NCBI GenBank assembly: GCA_963667035.1
Contig: OY762964.1
Span: forward strand, 640,001 to 704,000
Direction of reading: 5' to 3'
Source of the DNA: Candidatus Cloacimonadales bacterium
GTDB taxonomy: Bacteria > Cloacimonadota > Cloacimonadia > Cloacimonadales > JAFGVF01
DNA: 64,000 nucleotides
Positions 21,345 through 30,450 of this stretch are shown in pieces; position 1 is the stretch's first letter, and every line of letters starts with the position of its first letter. Below the pieces are notes generated by a model. The model did no database searches, was not told where the DNA came from, and saw only the letters and a list, made by a program, of their open reading frames with translations. The translations under genes were made by a program, and so were the position numbers.

Positions 21345-22880
21345 TTATTTCTTCAACATCTTCTTGTTATGCAATTTTCGGCAGATAGTCTCAACTTCTC
21401 TGAAGTTGACTTTACCGCTTCCCATCAGAGGTAGTTCGTCAACAACAAAGAAATCTTTAGGAATTGCTATTGCTGGAAGCACTTTCTTAAGCTGACTTTT
21501 GATTTTCTTAGGGTCTACTTGCTTGTCTGTTAATGCAGCAACAATATCTGCACCTTTAACAGGATTTGGAATCTCAACGACACAACAAATGGCATCATCC
21601 GGAAGTATTTCGTTCATAGCTGCTTCGACATTACCGAGAGAAACCATCTCTCCACCTATTTTAACGAACCTTTTAAGCCTTCCTTTATGCCAGAGATAAC
21701 CATCCTTATCTATCATTCCCATATCACCAGTGTCATACCAACCGTTTCTGATTCTAAGCTTTGTCTCTTCGTAATCTCCCATGTACCCTTTCATCACAAG
21801 GTTACCTTTAACCATAATCTTACCAATCTCTCCGGCACCCAGTTCTTCTTCGGTATCAACGTGCATAATCTTAACTATAGTATTTGGAATAGGTTTTCCT
21901 ATACTACCAGGCTTATTAAACTGAGGAGTATTGGTTGAGATGACAGGACTGGTCTCGGTTGTGCCGTAGCCTTCCAATAACTCTTTATCATGAATTCGTT
22001 TATATTCTTCCCTAACATGACTTGGAAGTTTATCTGCTCCAGCTAGCATAATCTTACATGAATCAAAGTCACCTTTGTTGGCTTTCTTTAGATAACCGTG
22101 GAAGAAAGTAGGAGTTCCGACAAGAAGAGTAATCTTCTTTTCCCTGCAATGGTCAACTATTTGTTTGTAGTCAAGAGGATTTGCAAAAGCAATAATTGAA
22201 GAGCCAAGATACATAGGAAGGAAACAGGTGACCGTTAATCCGAAAACGTGGAAGTAGGGGAGATTCCCTGCGAAGATGTCTGCACTATCCAAGTCGAATA
22301 TGTTTGGGATAACTTCAACATTGTGCGATATATTTCTGTGTGTGAGTTGTACAGCCTTAGGGTCCTTCTCGCTACCACTGGTAAACAGAATTACGGCATT
22401 ATCATCCTCCGTTGCATTCGGAACGGCTTTCTTTATAAAAGACGCCGGCATTTGGGTAAGTAATGCGGCTTTTGCTTTATCAATAGTAGAGATCTCCTGA
22501 AGGATGTCTTCAATGTAAATCATACCATCCATCTCAGGTATACCAAGTTTATCGCAAAGCTTCTTACTCGTCATGAAATTTAGGAAACTGCATTTCAATT
22601 GGGCATATTCAGCATTCTTTTCTGCACCGGTTGAATAATTTATCATAACAGGAACTTTTCCGGCTATTAAAACGGCATAAATGGATATAACACATCCTGC
22701 GGATGTAGGAATCATAATACCTATATGGCTCTCCGGTAAATGCTTTAGTTTATCTGCAAGAATTAATGATGCAATTAACAGTCTGTTATAAGTAAATGAT
22801 TGTTTACTCATCACATCATAGACGGCAATTTTGCGTCCGTATTTCTTAGCAGTATTAATAAATTCGTGATGCAGAATCAT
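21345..22880 (-). CDS. Aas-like acyl-ACP synthetase / AMP-binding protein
   Basis: LFTSGSEKDPK, EGYGTTETSP, YDTGD, KRFVKIGGEMV and GSGKV motifs. Confidence 0.85.
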   Translation of the reverse strand: MILHHEFINTAKKYGRKIAVYDVMSKQSFTYNRLLIASLILADKLKHLPESHIGIMIPTSAGCVISIYAVLIAGKVPVMINYSTGAEKNAEYAQLKCSFLNFMTSKKLCDKLGIPEMDGMIYIEDILQEISTIDKAKAALLTQMPASFIKKAVPNATEDDNAVILFTSGSEKDPKAVQLTHRNISHNVEVIPNIFDLDSADIFAGNLPYFHVFGLTVTCFLPMYLGSSIIAFANPLDYKQIVDHCREKKITLLVGTPTFFHGYLKKANKGDFDSCKIMLAGADKLPSHVREEYKRIHDKELLEGYGTTETSPVISTNTPQFNKPGSIGKPIPNTIVKIMHVDTEEELGAGEIGKIMVKGNLVMKGYMGDYEETKLRIRNGWYDTGDMGMIDKDGYLWHKGRLKRFVKIGGEMVSLGNVEAAMNEILPDDAICCVVEIPNPVKGADIVAALTDKQVDPKKIKSQLKKVLPAIAIPKDFFVVDELPLMGSGKVNFREVETICRKLHNKKMLKK

Positions 22881-23176
22881 AATAATGTCCTTTATGAATG
22901 TAATTCAATTAACGGTAAAGTCAATATCTTTTACTAAATAGAGGATTTAATGTTTGTTGTCAAATAATAATTGGAAGCTGCCCTCCGATTAACATAATTA
23001 TGTATATCCAATAAATAATTATTGTCCATAAGGTGATTGATAGGTGTAAATTAGATTTTACACACTTATAAGAATACTCCCTATAATTCGACCCACTGTG
23101 GGGCCGATTCCTCTTTTATATAGTTTCCATGCACTTCGTACATGGTTACTCATATTTAATCCCCTTGGGATTAGCA

Positions 23177-23437
23177 AAATGAATCCTTGATTTAGTGGAT
23201 AGTAGGTAAACAACGAGATCTTTAGAAGTTTTTGCCGAAAGTGCAAGAATGTTTCAATCCTTGATTTAATGGATAGTTGGTAAACAACTGAATATCCGGA
23301 ACTAACTATGTTTCAGTTAATAGCGTTTCAATCCTTGATTTAATGGATAGTTGGTAAACAACCCTTGTTGTGGCAAGCTCGTCATTGCTCCCGAATTTGG
23401 TTTCAATCCTTGATTTAATGGATAGTTGGTAAACAAC
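23177..23437 (-). CRISPR. Orphan CRISPR mini-array: four 38-bp repeats, three spacers (36, 36, 37 bp)
   Basis: GTTTCAATCCTTGATTTAATGGATAGTTGGTAAACAAC at 23251, 23325 and 23400; degenerate copy at 23177. The minus-strand repeat ends ATTGAAAC, and an AT-rich leader lies to the right. Confidence 0.92.
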
Positions 23438-23885
23438 TCATATTCTCACGTATATATTTAATTATCAGATAATTACAAAGAAATCTCAGAACTGAATATC
23501 TGATAAAATCATGTGTGCTGATGCATAAAATACATCGGAATTTGCTTCTCGGGAACACGTAAACACTCTATAATAAAGGTCAAGGAGCAGATTTCTATCA
23601 ATTAAGCAATAATTTTGCCTCAGGAAAGATAAAATCAATTTAATATTTATTTCCTAATCAGTAATTGTCAATCAAAATATATTGTTAAAACATGCTCTTC
23701 CGAATTGTTCTGTCTTCAAATAGCTACTCTAATCTGAATTAATGGGAGGTATTCCTTTAACCGATTAACTGCATTTTATCAACTATATAATCCATAAAGA
23801 CACCGGTCTCTATTAATGATATTATATCATGTAGTTTACGTAGTCTTTTTTTTGGTAAAACTTTGACCTCCCTAGGGTGGATACT

Positions 23886-24340
23886 TTTAAGGGTGACTCG
23901 CCAATTGAATGAACATATCATGAACCTTCTACGCCCCTTCTGCAATACTGTTAAAGACATAAGAATTTCTATGGTGAAAGTTATCCACACGATGTGGACA
24001 ACTTTGGCGTTCGCCAAGGAGGGTCCAAGGAGGCTCCTTGGTGGATCCAATCCGGTTCCAATGTCTTTAGAAGTCGCCCTAAAGGATGGTAGAAGGATGA
24101 TAATAGTGGGTGATAATAGGATAATAGCAAGATTTTTGAGGTATAAATGCACTACAATTGTACTGCAACTCCCCTGAGTTGCTGTGACGACGCAGTCGGC
24201 AACTTCCATAGACGGATGCAAAAGAGCACAATTCTGTCTTTAGATCTGTATTACACAGTTTGTATATACTAATATACTGACACGATCAAATTCCTAATCA
24301 GAGTTCTTTGAACTATGTGCAAGTGAGGGTACTTGCACTA
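23886..24340. ncRNA. Candidate large structured non-coding RNA, family unassigned
   Basis: At least 7 complementary helices, including long-range pairs (23952-60/24061-69, 23925-32/24089-96, 23890-98/24072-80). More GC-rich than its flanks; no credible ORF. Confidence 0.45.
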
Positions 24341-24557
24341 CATATCATGCATCGACGAAGAAGACTCATTCTAAATAGCAGAGATTAGTAATAAAGGAGA
24401 GCCTTAACGCTAACTTTTAATCACATTCTATTATACTATTATTGGTAAGAAATTATAATTATATTGACTTAAAATTATTATTACCTATATTTGACACATA
24501 CAATTCATTTGGGTCAAAGATACCTTAATGTATTAGTACCATATTAAGGAGGCTATT

Positions 24558-27500
24558 ATGTCTAGAGTAATGCTTGTAGTAGCACTACTTATCTCACTTA
24601 CTGTGCTTTTTGCATCTGAGACAGTTCTAAGCAACTTGTTAAATGCAAATGACTATCCTTTCGAAAATTCACAATATGGTATGCAAAGAAACATCGAGGA
24701 AAAGACAGGACATTCCTTAGAGATTGATGCGAATAGGGTCTTCGCAGATGGCACATCTCCTAACAGGAACAAGAATGTCAATCCCGTGTTATACGGTTCC
24801 ATCGCTTTAGGAAACTCAGTATACATGGGAACAACAAAAATCATCTCTTATAATCAGTATAATGAAAAAAACATCTATTACATTTCAAGTAATGGAGATT
24901 TCAATATACCTTATGACACTAATGAAGTTTTAAAAATAGAGTTTCAACATGATTCCTGTGATTTCGAAAATGTCAGGATGACTGTTAACACTTCCGGTAT
25001 TAGCTCTAATATAAGCTTAGGATCTATTCAGCTAAGAGAGAATGTTGATAGATTACTTAAAGTTCCAATTGATTATCAGGATATTCAAACAGCAATTGAT
25101 TGTATACAGAATGGAGGAACTGTAGCAGTATATCAAACAATGTATCCATATCAAGTGGATTGCCTATCGTGGAGAGATAAGCATATAAGATTAGTCACTA
25201 ATCAGGCAGCTCCAGCCACATTAACAAGTAGTACTCATGCTATAAGATTGGACTGGGAAGGCATAGATAACAGTGATACTATTGAAGGCTTTATCTTTGA
25301 TGATTGCACAAATTGTAACACGGAACCAGATAGTTATGGACTTGCTATAGCACTGGAGAATGGATCATCTCCTAAGGTCAAGAACTGTACATTCAGTGAT
25401 AACTATTTAGAATTCCTTTCAGGAGTTACACCAAACTTACAATTACTTCAAGGTGCAGGATGTGCTGTTACAATTGAAGGTGTTGTAAATCAGACGAATA
25501 CTCCATTGTTCACTAACTGTACCTTTATAGACAACTTCGCAGGTAATTCATATGGTGGAGCAGCTATAGGATTATTGGGACAAGCGTCGTTTGATAATTG
25601 TGTGTTTGAGAATAATCAATGTATGCAAAACAATGGTGCTGCTAGTACAGGTGGTGCTATATATATTAATAGTAGTAACTGTCCGGGAGTTATCAAATTC
25701 AAAGACTGTGTGTTTGAAGATAATTATGCAGATGGAGGTGTTAATGACATAGACCTGATAAAATGCCAGGATATTAGCACTTTTATTATTGATGATTGTA
25801 GTTTCACAAGAACCTCCTCAGCTATACCATCTGCAACCGGAGCTTCAAGTATTAAGTTGATAAAACATAATCCTGACGGTACTTTATTATACTATCACAA
25901 TATGTCCATCTCAATGAAACGAAACGTTTTCACTAATTACGATTGTGGAATAGTTGACTTTTATGATAATGCAGGGAATTCAAGTCTTGAATTCAAAAAC
26001 AATATTATTGATGGATGTGAAGATTATGGGTTCTACTTGGATTACTACGGTGGAGCAACAACGAATCCGGGATATTTCAAGTTTACCAACAATACATTCT
26101 TAAATATTGATGGAGATGGGCTTATCTTAGATTGCGGTGATACATACGAAGTGCAAAATAATATCTTCTCAAACATAACCGGCTACGGTATAAAATGGGG
26201 AATTGGTGGTAATTATGCTACAGAAGAGTTAGATATAAACTCATGTGTGTTCTTTGCTAATACCCTTGGTAATTGGGATTCGAATGGAGCTAATCATACT
26301 TTAACTCAAAATAACATAATTGAGTTAAATCCTCAATTGGATGCAAACTATGTACCAGTATGGAGTAGTTCGATTAAATCACCTTGTATCAATGCCGGAG
26401 TACCGGATTTGGATGGTGATGGTGTTCTCTGGTATGATGAAGAAATTTATGATGGGAACGGTAATCTGTTATCAGACCCTGATGATAGAGATATTGATTT
26501 ATCTCGTAAAGATATCGGAGCTAAACCACTCATAAACAATATTGAGAATAGTGTGTTAGAAATGCACGCAGGATGGAACTGGTTATCTTTGCCCGGTGTG
26601 GACGCATTGTCAACAGGAACTGTTCAGATTGATGGTATCTCATATAACTTAAATCAAGCAAGATATGTTTTCGGTGAACAAGTAAGTCCGGTAAATCTAT
26701 TTAACATTGTTTATGGCTATCTCGATAGGATTCTTTGGAATTTTACAGAAGAAGGAAGCATTCAATTTAACGTTAACTATTGGGTAGGTTTAACACATTC
26801 AGTAACTTCTCCGAAAGGATACAAAGTAAGACTTAGAGATTATGTTCCCGGAACAGTTAAATTAGAGTTTGATGGTTTCAAAGCGGGTTCTACTGGTAAC
26901 TCTGATACTATGATCCCTTTGTATGCTCCGAGGGAAGGACAAACTTCTACAACAACTCTAGCAGGTTACTATTACAGGGAAAGTCAAACGATTCATGAAG
27001 CTATCCCTGCAAATATACTACAGAATGTTTCTTGTATAAAAACTCAGGATTGGTTTGCTGCAAATCTGTCTTATCTTAACACACAGGGAATGTATGGTAA
27101 AACTACTTGGTTGCATTCATCAGGAGTAACCGGAGAGATAGAACTACGCTATGGTGATGCTGTTGAAATTGTTTATACAGGTACTGAAGATGTTTCTTTT
27201 GCCTGGGAACCTGCAAGTAGTGGTGGAAATTCCAATCCATATTATGTCCAGACTCCAACTTGCTTCACTTATGAGGAACAAAAAGGATATTTACCATTGA
27301 TAATTGAAATTGATATGGATGAATATGGGGAAGGTGATAAACCAATAGAAATAGCCATTTTTGTAAACCAAGAGTGTAAAGGTGCTTCTGTGATTAAAGA
27401 TGATATGGTTCTACTTAAAGCTTATGTTGTTGATGACCCTTCGTTGATTGGAGAGGAGTTAACTTTCCAATTAGCGTTTGATAACAAAAGTTCTAAGAGA

Positions 27501-27914
27501 AAAAGAATTAGTGAATATGCTGTAATGGATAAAGAGGAAGGAAGGTTTGTTACAAAATCTTTTAGAATTAATAATGAGTATGACTTTGCATATATCTCAT
27601 TAAAAGAGGACGACGTAGAATCCGGAGCAGTGCCAGCTTCAGTAAAACTATGGTCAAATTATCCTAATCCTTTTAATCCAACCACAACAATAGCTTATGA
27701 TACAGTAAAAGAAGGAAAAGTTGTTCTGGATGTTTACAACATAAAGGGACAAAGAGTAACAACCCTAGTAAATGAAACAAAACAACCAGGTCGACATACT
27801 GTTGTTTGGGATGGTAAAGATTCATCTAGAAAGCCGGTAGCATCAGGTGTATATTTTTATAAGTTAAAGACAAAAGATAAAGTCTTGACAAATAAAATGA
27901 TGCTATTGAAATAA
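24558..27914 (+). CDS. Secreted right-handed beta-helix protein with C-terminal FlgD-Ig/T9SS-type domain
   Basis: Signal peptide; IQTAID, NCTFxDN repeats, SPCINAG; NYPNPFNPTT..SGVYFYKL..KMMLLK. Confidence 0.85.
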   Translation: MSRVMLVVALLISLTVLFASETVLSNLLNANDYPFENSQYGMQRNIEEKTGHSLEIDANRVFADGTSPNRNKNVNPVLYGSIALGNSVYMGTTKIISYNQYNEKNIYYISSNGDFNIPYDTNEVLKIEFQHDSCDFENVRMTVNTSGISSNISLGSIQLRENVDRLLKVPIDYQDIQTAIDCIQNGGTVAVYQTMYPYQVDCLSWRDKHIRLVTNQAAPATLTSSTHAIRLDWEGIDNSDTIEGFIFDDCTNCNTEPDSYGLAIALENGSSPKVKNCTFSDNYLEFLSGVTPNLQLLQGAGCAVTIEGVVNQTNTPLFTNCTFIDNFAGNSYGGAAIGLLGQASFDNCVFENNQCMQNNGAASTGGAIYINSSNCPGVIKFKDCVFEDNYADGGVNDIDLIKCQDISTFIIDDCSFTRTSSAIPSATGASSIKLIKHNPDGTLLYYHNMSISMKRNVFTNYDCGIVDFYDNAGNSSLEFKNNIIDGCEDYGFYLDYYGGATTNPGYFKFTNNTFLNIDGDGLILDCGDTYEVQNNIFSNITGYGIKWGIGGNYATEELDINSCVFFANTLGNWDSNGANHTLTQNNIIELNPQLDANYVPVWSSSIKSPCINAGVPDLDGDGVLWYDEEIYDGNGNLLSDPDDRDIDLSRKDIGAKPLINNIENSVLEMHAGWNWLSLPGVDALSTGTVQIDGISYNLNQARYVFGEQVSPVNLFNIVYGYLDRILWNFTEEGSIQFNVNYWVGLTHSVTSPKGYKVRLRDYVPGTVKLEFDGFKAGSTGNSDTMIPLYAPREGQTSTTTLAGYYYRESQTIHEAIPANILQNVSCIKTQDWFAANLSYLNTQGMYGKTTWLHSSGVTGEIELRYGDAVEIVYTGTEDVSFAWEPASSGGNSNPYYVQTPTCFTYEEQKGYLPLIIEIDMDEYGEGDKPIEIAIFVNQECKGASVIKDDMVLLKAYVVDDPSLIGEELTFQLAFDNKSSKRKRISEYAVMDKEEGRFVTKSFRINNEYDFAYISLKEDDVESGAVPASVKLWSNYPNPFNPTTTIAYDTVKEGKVVLDVYNIKGQRVTTLVNETKQPGRHTVVWDGKDSSRKPVASGVYFYKLKTKDKVLTNKMMLLK

Positions 27915-27925
27915 TAAATGATTCA

Positions 27926-27957
27926 AGGGGTAGCCTCTACGAGTCTACCCCTTTTTT
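27926..27957 (+). terminator. Intrinsic terminator
   Basis: AGGGGTAG..CTACCCCT followed by a T-run. Confidence 0.7.
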
Positions 27958-28007
27958 GTTAAACTTTTTACTATTTATAAGCTGATTACTGATAATAAGT
28001 AGGTTTT

Positions 28008-30428
28008 ATGAACAGGCTATTTTTGTTAATGATACTATGTATAAGTATTACTTCAGTTCATTCAATAGTAAGAGAAGTATCTGTTGACGGAACTCAACAA
28101 TATACTTCCATCCCATTGGCAATATCCGAATCAGTAGATGGCGATACAGTTCTCGTTCATCCGGGAAGATATACGCAACATATTGATGTTATGGAGAGGG
28201 AGATAACTCTTCTTAGCATGTATTATTATTCTCAGAATAGGGACGATATTCACAATACAATCATAGATGCTAATTTTGAATCCAATTGTCTCAGAGTAGA
28301 GAATCAAGGTATTGCTACTGTAAATGGTTTTACTTTCACAAATGGAGTAGGTTTTCGTCGTTCAACTAATAATTCATTAGGAGGTGGAATTTCATTAAAT
28401 GATGACAGTGAGTTAAACTTATTCAATAGTATTGTTATAAACAATGAGGCGGATACCGGAGGTGGAATTCTCAGTGATAGCTATAGCACACTTAGATTGT
28501 ATGGGAATGTTATCAAGGATAACCGAACAAGAAATCAAGCCGGTGGAGTAAGTTCTTATCTTTCAACTATATACTTTGATCAAAGTAACTTAAATAGTAT
28601 ATATGATAATATTGGGCAAATCCATGATATTTTTCTTTATACTTCAACTTGTGAACAAGTCTTATTAGATACACTCAGCGTTGATTTATCAGAGTGTGAC
28701 GGTTGTTTTGTATCTTATTATTCTGCTAACGAGGAGCTCTATCCAGAGCCTTCAATCAGTAATATACATAGTGTGTTAGAACAAGTTGATTCCGATATAT
28801 ATGTGTCTCCTTGGGGAGATGACTCTAATAGTGGTCTAACCCCCGAAACTCCTATGAAGACAATTGCATACGCAACAAGAAGAATACAACCTAACATCAC
28901 TAATCCTAACACGGTATATCTTCTTCCCGGTACTTATAGCACTGAAACAAACAATCAGTTCTTTCCGGTGGCCTTACAATCAAACACAAATCTACTCGGA
29001 TTGGGAGATTCACCGGATGAAATCAATATCGGGGAAGAATGGGGTTACAACACTATTTCAGTTAATAATGCTAGCAATATTGAGATAGGTAATTTTACTA
29101 TGAGAAAAAACAATCAGTATGACCATTATGTTTTACCAATTGGGTTTAGTCAGAATATAAACATTCATGATATAAATTTTGTTGAGTCAAGGACAAATTT
29201 TCCTGGATTATTAATAATACTATCAAATGGAATCAATGTCAGCAATTGCACTTTTTCAAACCTCACAAACACTGAATATATACAAAGTATATCCACTTAT
29301 ATAAGTGAAGTAACTCTTAACAATCTAATCTTTACCAATATTAGCAGTACAGCTTATTACGGTCTTGTATCGGTAATGGATTTTGATGACAGTATTGTTA
29401 ATGCAAACAATATTATCGTAACCGATTGCTATCAAGAAGAGTCTGGTGTTATGGTGCAATACTCAAATATCGAATGTGACTCTCCCGGTGGAGGATTAAA
29501 TCTCAATAACTTCCTGTTTTATAATAACACTTCTACTTGTAATAGACAACCATTAATAATAATAGTTAACTTTTATGAACCAAGTTTCATAAACAATGCA
29601 ACAATTGCTAACAATATAGCTCCTACGAATGTACTAAGATTCTTAGGTGATTACACAGTTAGAAACAGCATAATGTATAATCCTAGTGCTTCCGGTGAAA
29701 TACGTGTTTGGGATGGTTTTACCAGTGATGACGAATCTTTTTATTCAGATATTGATATTGATTATTGCTTAATCCGCAATGGCTTTGATGGAATTGGAGG
29801 AATCAATAATCCTCATAATGTATTAGATTGGGGAGAAAACAATTTAGATACAGATCCACTCTTCCGAGGTGATGTATATGGTGATTGTGACCTTGAAGAT
29901 ATCGAATGGGTGCAACTGACTCCTGATTCTCCATGTATAAATGCCGGAACTCCCGATACTTTAGGAATGGGATTACCTGCATTTGATGTAATAGGCAATC
30001 CACGAGTATGGGATGGAATCGTAGATATAGGAGCATTTGAATACAATCCCACCCCTAATGATGGACATGTTCTTCCAACTCCTCCATCCTCAATAACACT
30101 TACACACTATCCTAATCCGGTTAACATATCAAAGAACGGATGTGCTTTCATTGACTTTACACTTCCCAAGAGACCTGTAGAAAAACCTAAGTTAGAAATC
30201 TACAATATAAGAGGTCAAAAGGTTAGAGATATAACAATAACTCAAAGTCTATCAGAACTTGTGCGTGCAACAGGCTTATCTAAAGAAGAGAATCAATCAG
30301 GAGAGAAGTACTCATTAATATGGGATGGCAAAGACAATTCAAGAAAGAAAGTCTCTTCCGGAATATACTTCTATAAGATTAGCTCTGAAGGTAAAAGTGT
30401 TGTTAATAAGATGATGGTTGTTAAGTGA
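28008..30428 (+). CDS. Secreted DUF1565-like beta-helix protein with FlgD-Ig/T9SS-type C-terminus, copy 1
   Basis: YVSPWGDDSNSGLTPETPMKTI, SPCINAG, VDIGAFEY, YPNP..SGIYFYK. Confidence 0.85.
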   Translation: MNRLFLLMILCISITSVHSIVREVSVDGTQQYTSIPLAISESVDGDTVLVHPGRYTQHIDVMEREITLLSMYYYSQNRDDIHNTIIDANFESNCLRVENQGIATVNGFTFTNGVGFRRSTNNSLGGGISLNDDSELNLFNSIVINNEADTGGGILSDSYSTLRLYGNVIKDNRTRNQAGGVSSYLSTIYFDQSNLNSIYDNIGQIHDIFLYTSTCEQVLLDTLSVDLSECDGCFVSYYSANEELYPEPSISNIHSVLEQVDSDIYVSPWGDDSNSGLTPETPMKTIAYATRRIQPNITNPNTVYLLPGTYSTETNNQFFPVALQSNTNLLGLGDSPDEINIGEEWGYNTISVNNASNIEIGNFTMRKNNQYDHYVLPIGFSQNINIHDINFVESRTNFPGLLIILSNGINVSNCTFSNLTNTEYIQSISTYISEVTLNNLIFTNISSTAYYGLVSVMDFDDSIVNANNIIVTDCYQEESGVMVQYSNIECDSPGGGLNLNNFLFYNNTSTCNRQPLIIIVNFYEPSFINNATIANNIAPTNVLRFLGDYTVRNSIMYNPSASGEIRVWDGFTSDDESFYSDIDIDYCLIRNGFDGIGGINNPHNVLDWGENNLDTDPLFRGDVYGDCDLEDIEWVQLTPDSPCINAGTPDTLGMGLPAFDVIGNPRVWDGIVDIGAFEYNPTPNDGHVLPTPPSSITLTHYPNPVNISKNGCAFIDFTLPKRPVEKPKLEIYNIRGQKVRDITITQSLSELVRATGLSKEENQSGEKYSLIWDGKDNSRKKVSSGIYFYKISSEGKSVVNKMMVVK

Positions 30429-30450
30429 TATCTGATAATAAGTAGGTTTT

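Noticed and set aside
23775..23798. Possible CRISPR anti-repeat (TTTATCAACTAT..ATCCATAAA)
   Set aside because: Short, gapped, AT-rich match; the repeat looks class 1 and there is no class 2 effector nearby.
23981..24001. DnaA box TTATCCACA plus an inverted near-match, suggesting oriC
   Set aside because: Only one perfect box, forming one arm of a hairpin; no box cluster or origin-linked genes.
23757..24221. Overlapping ORFs of 154 aa (-) and 104 aa (+)
   Set aside because: Non-ATG starts, no RBS and no recognisable domain; the region is better explained as structured non-coding sequence.
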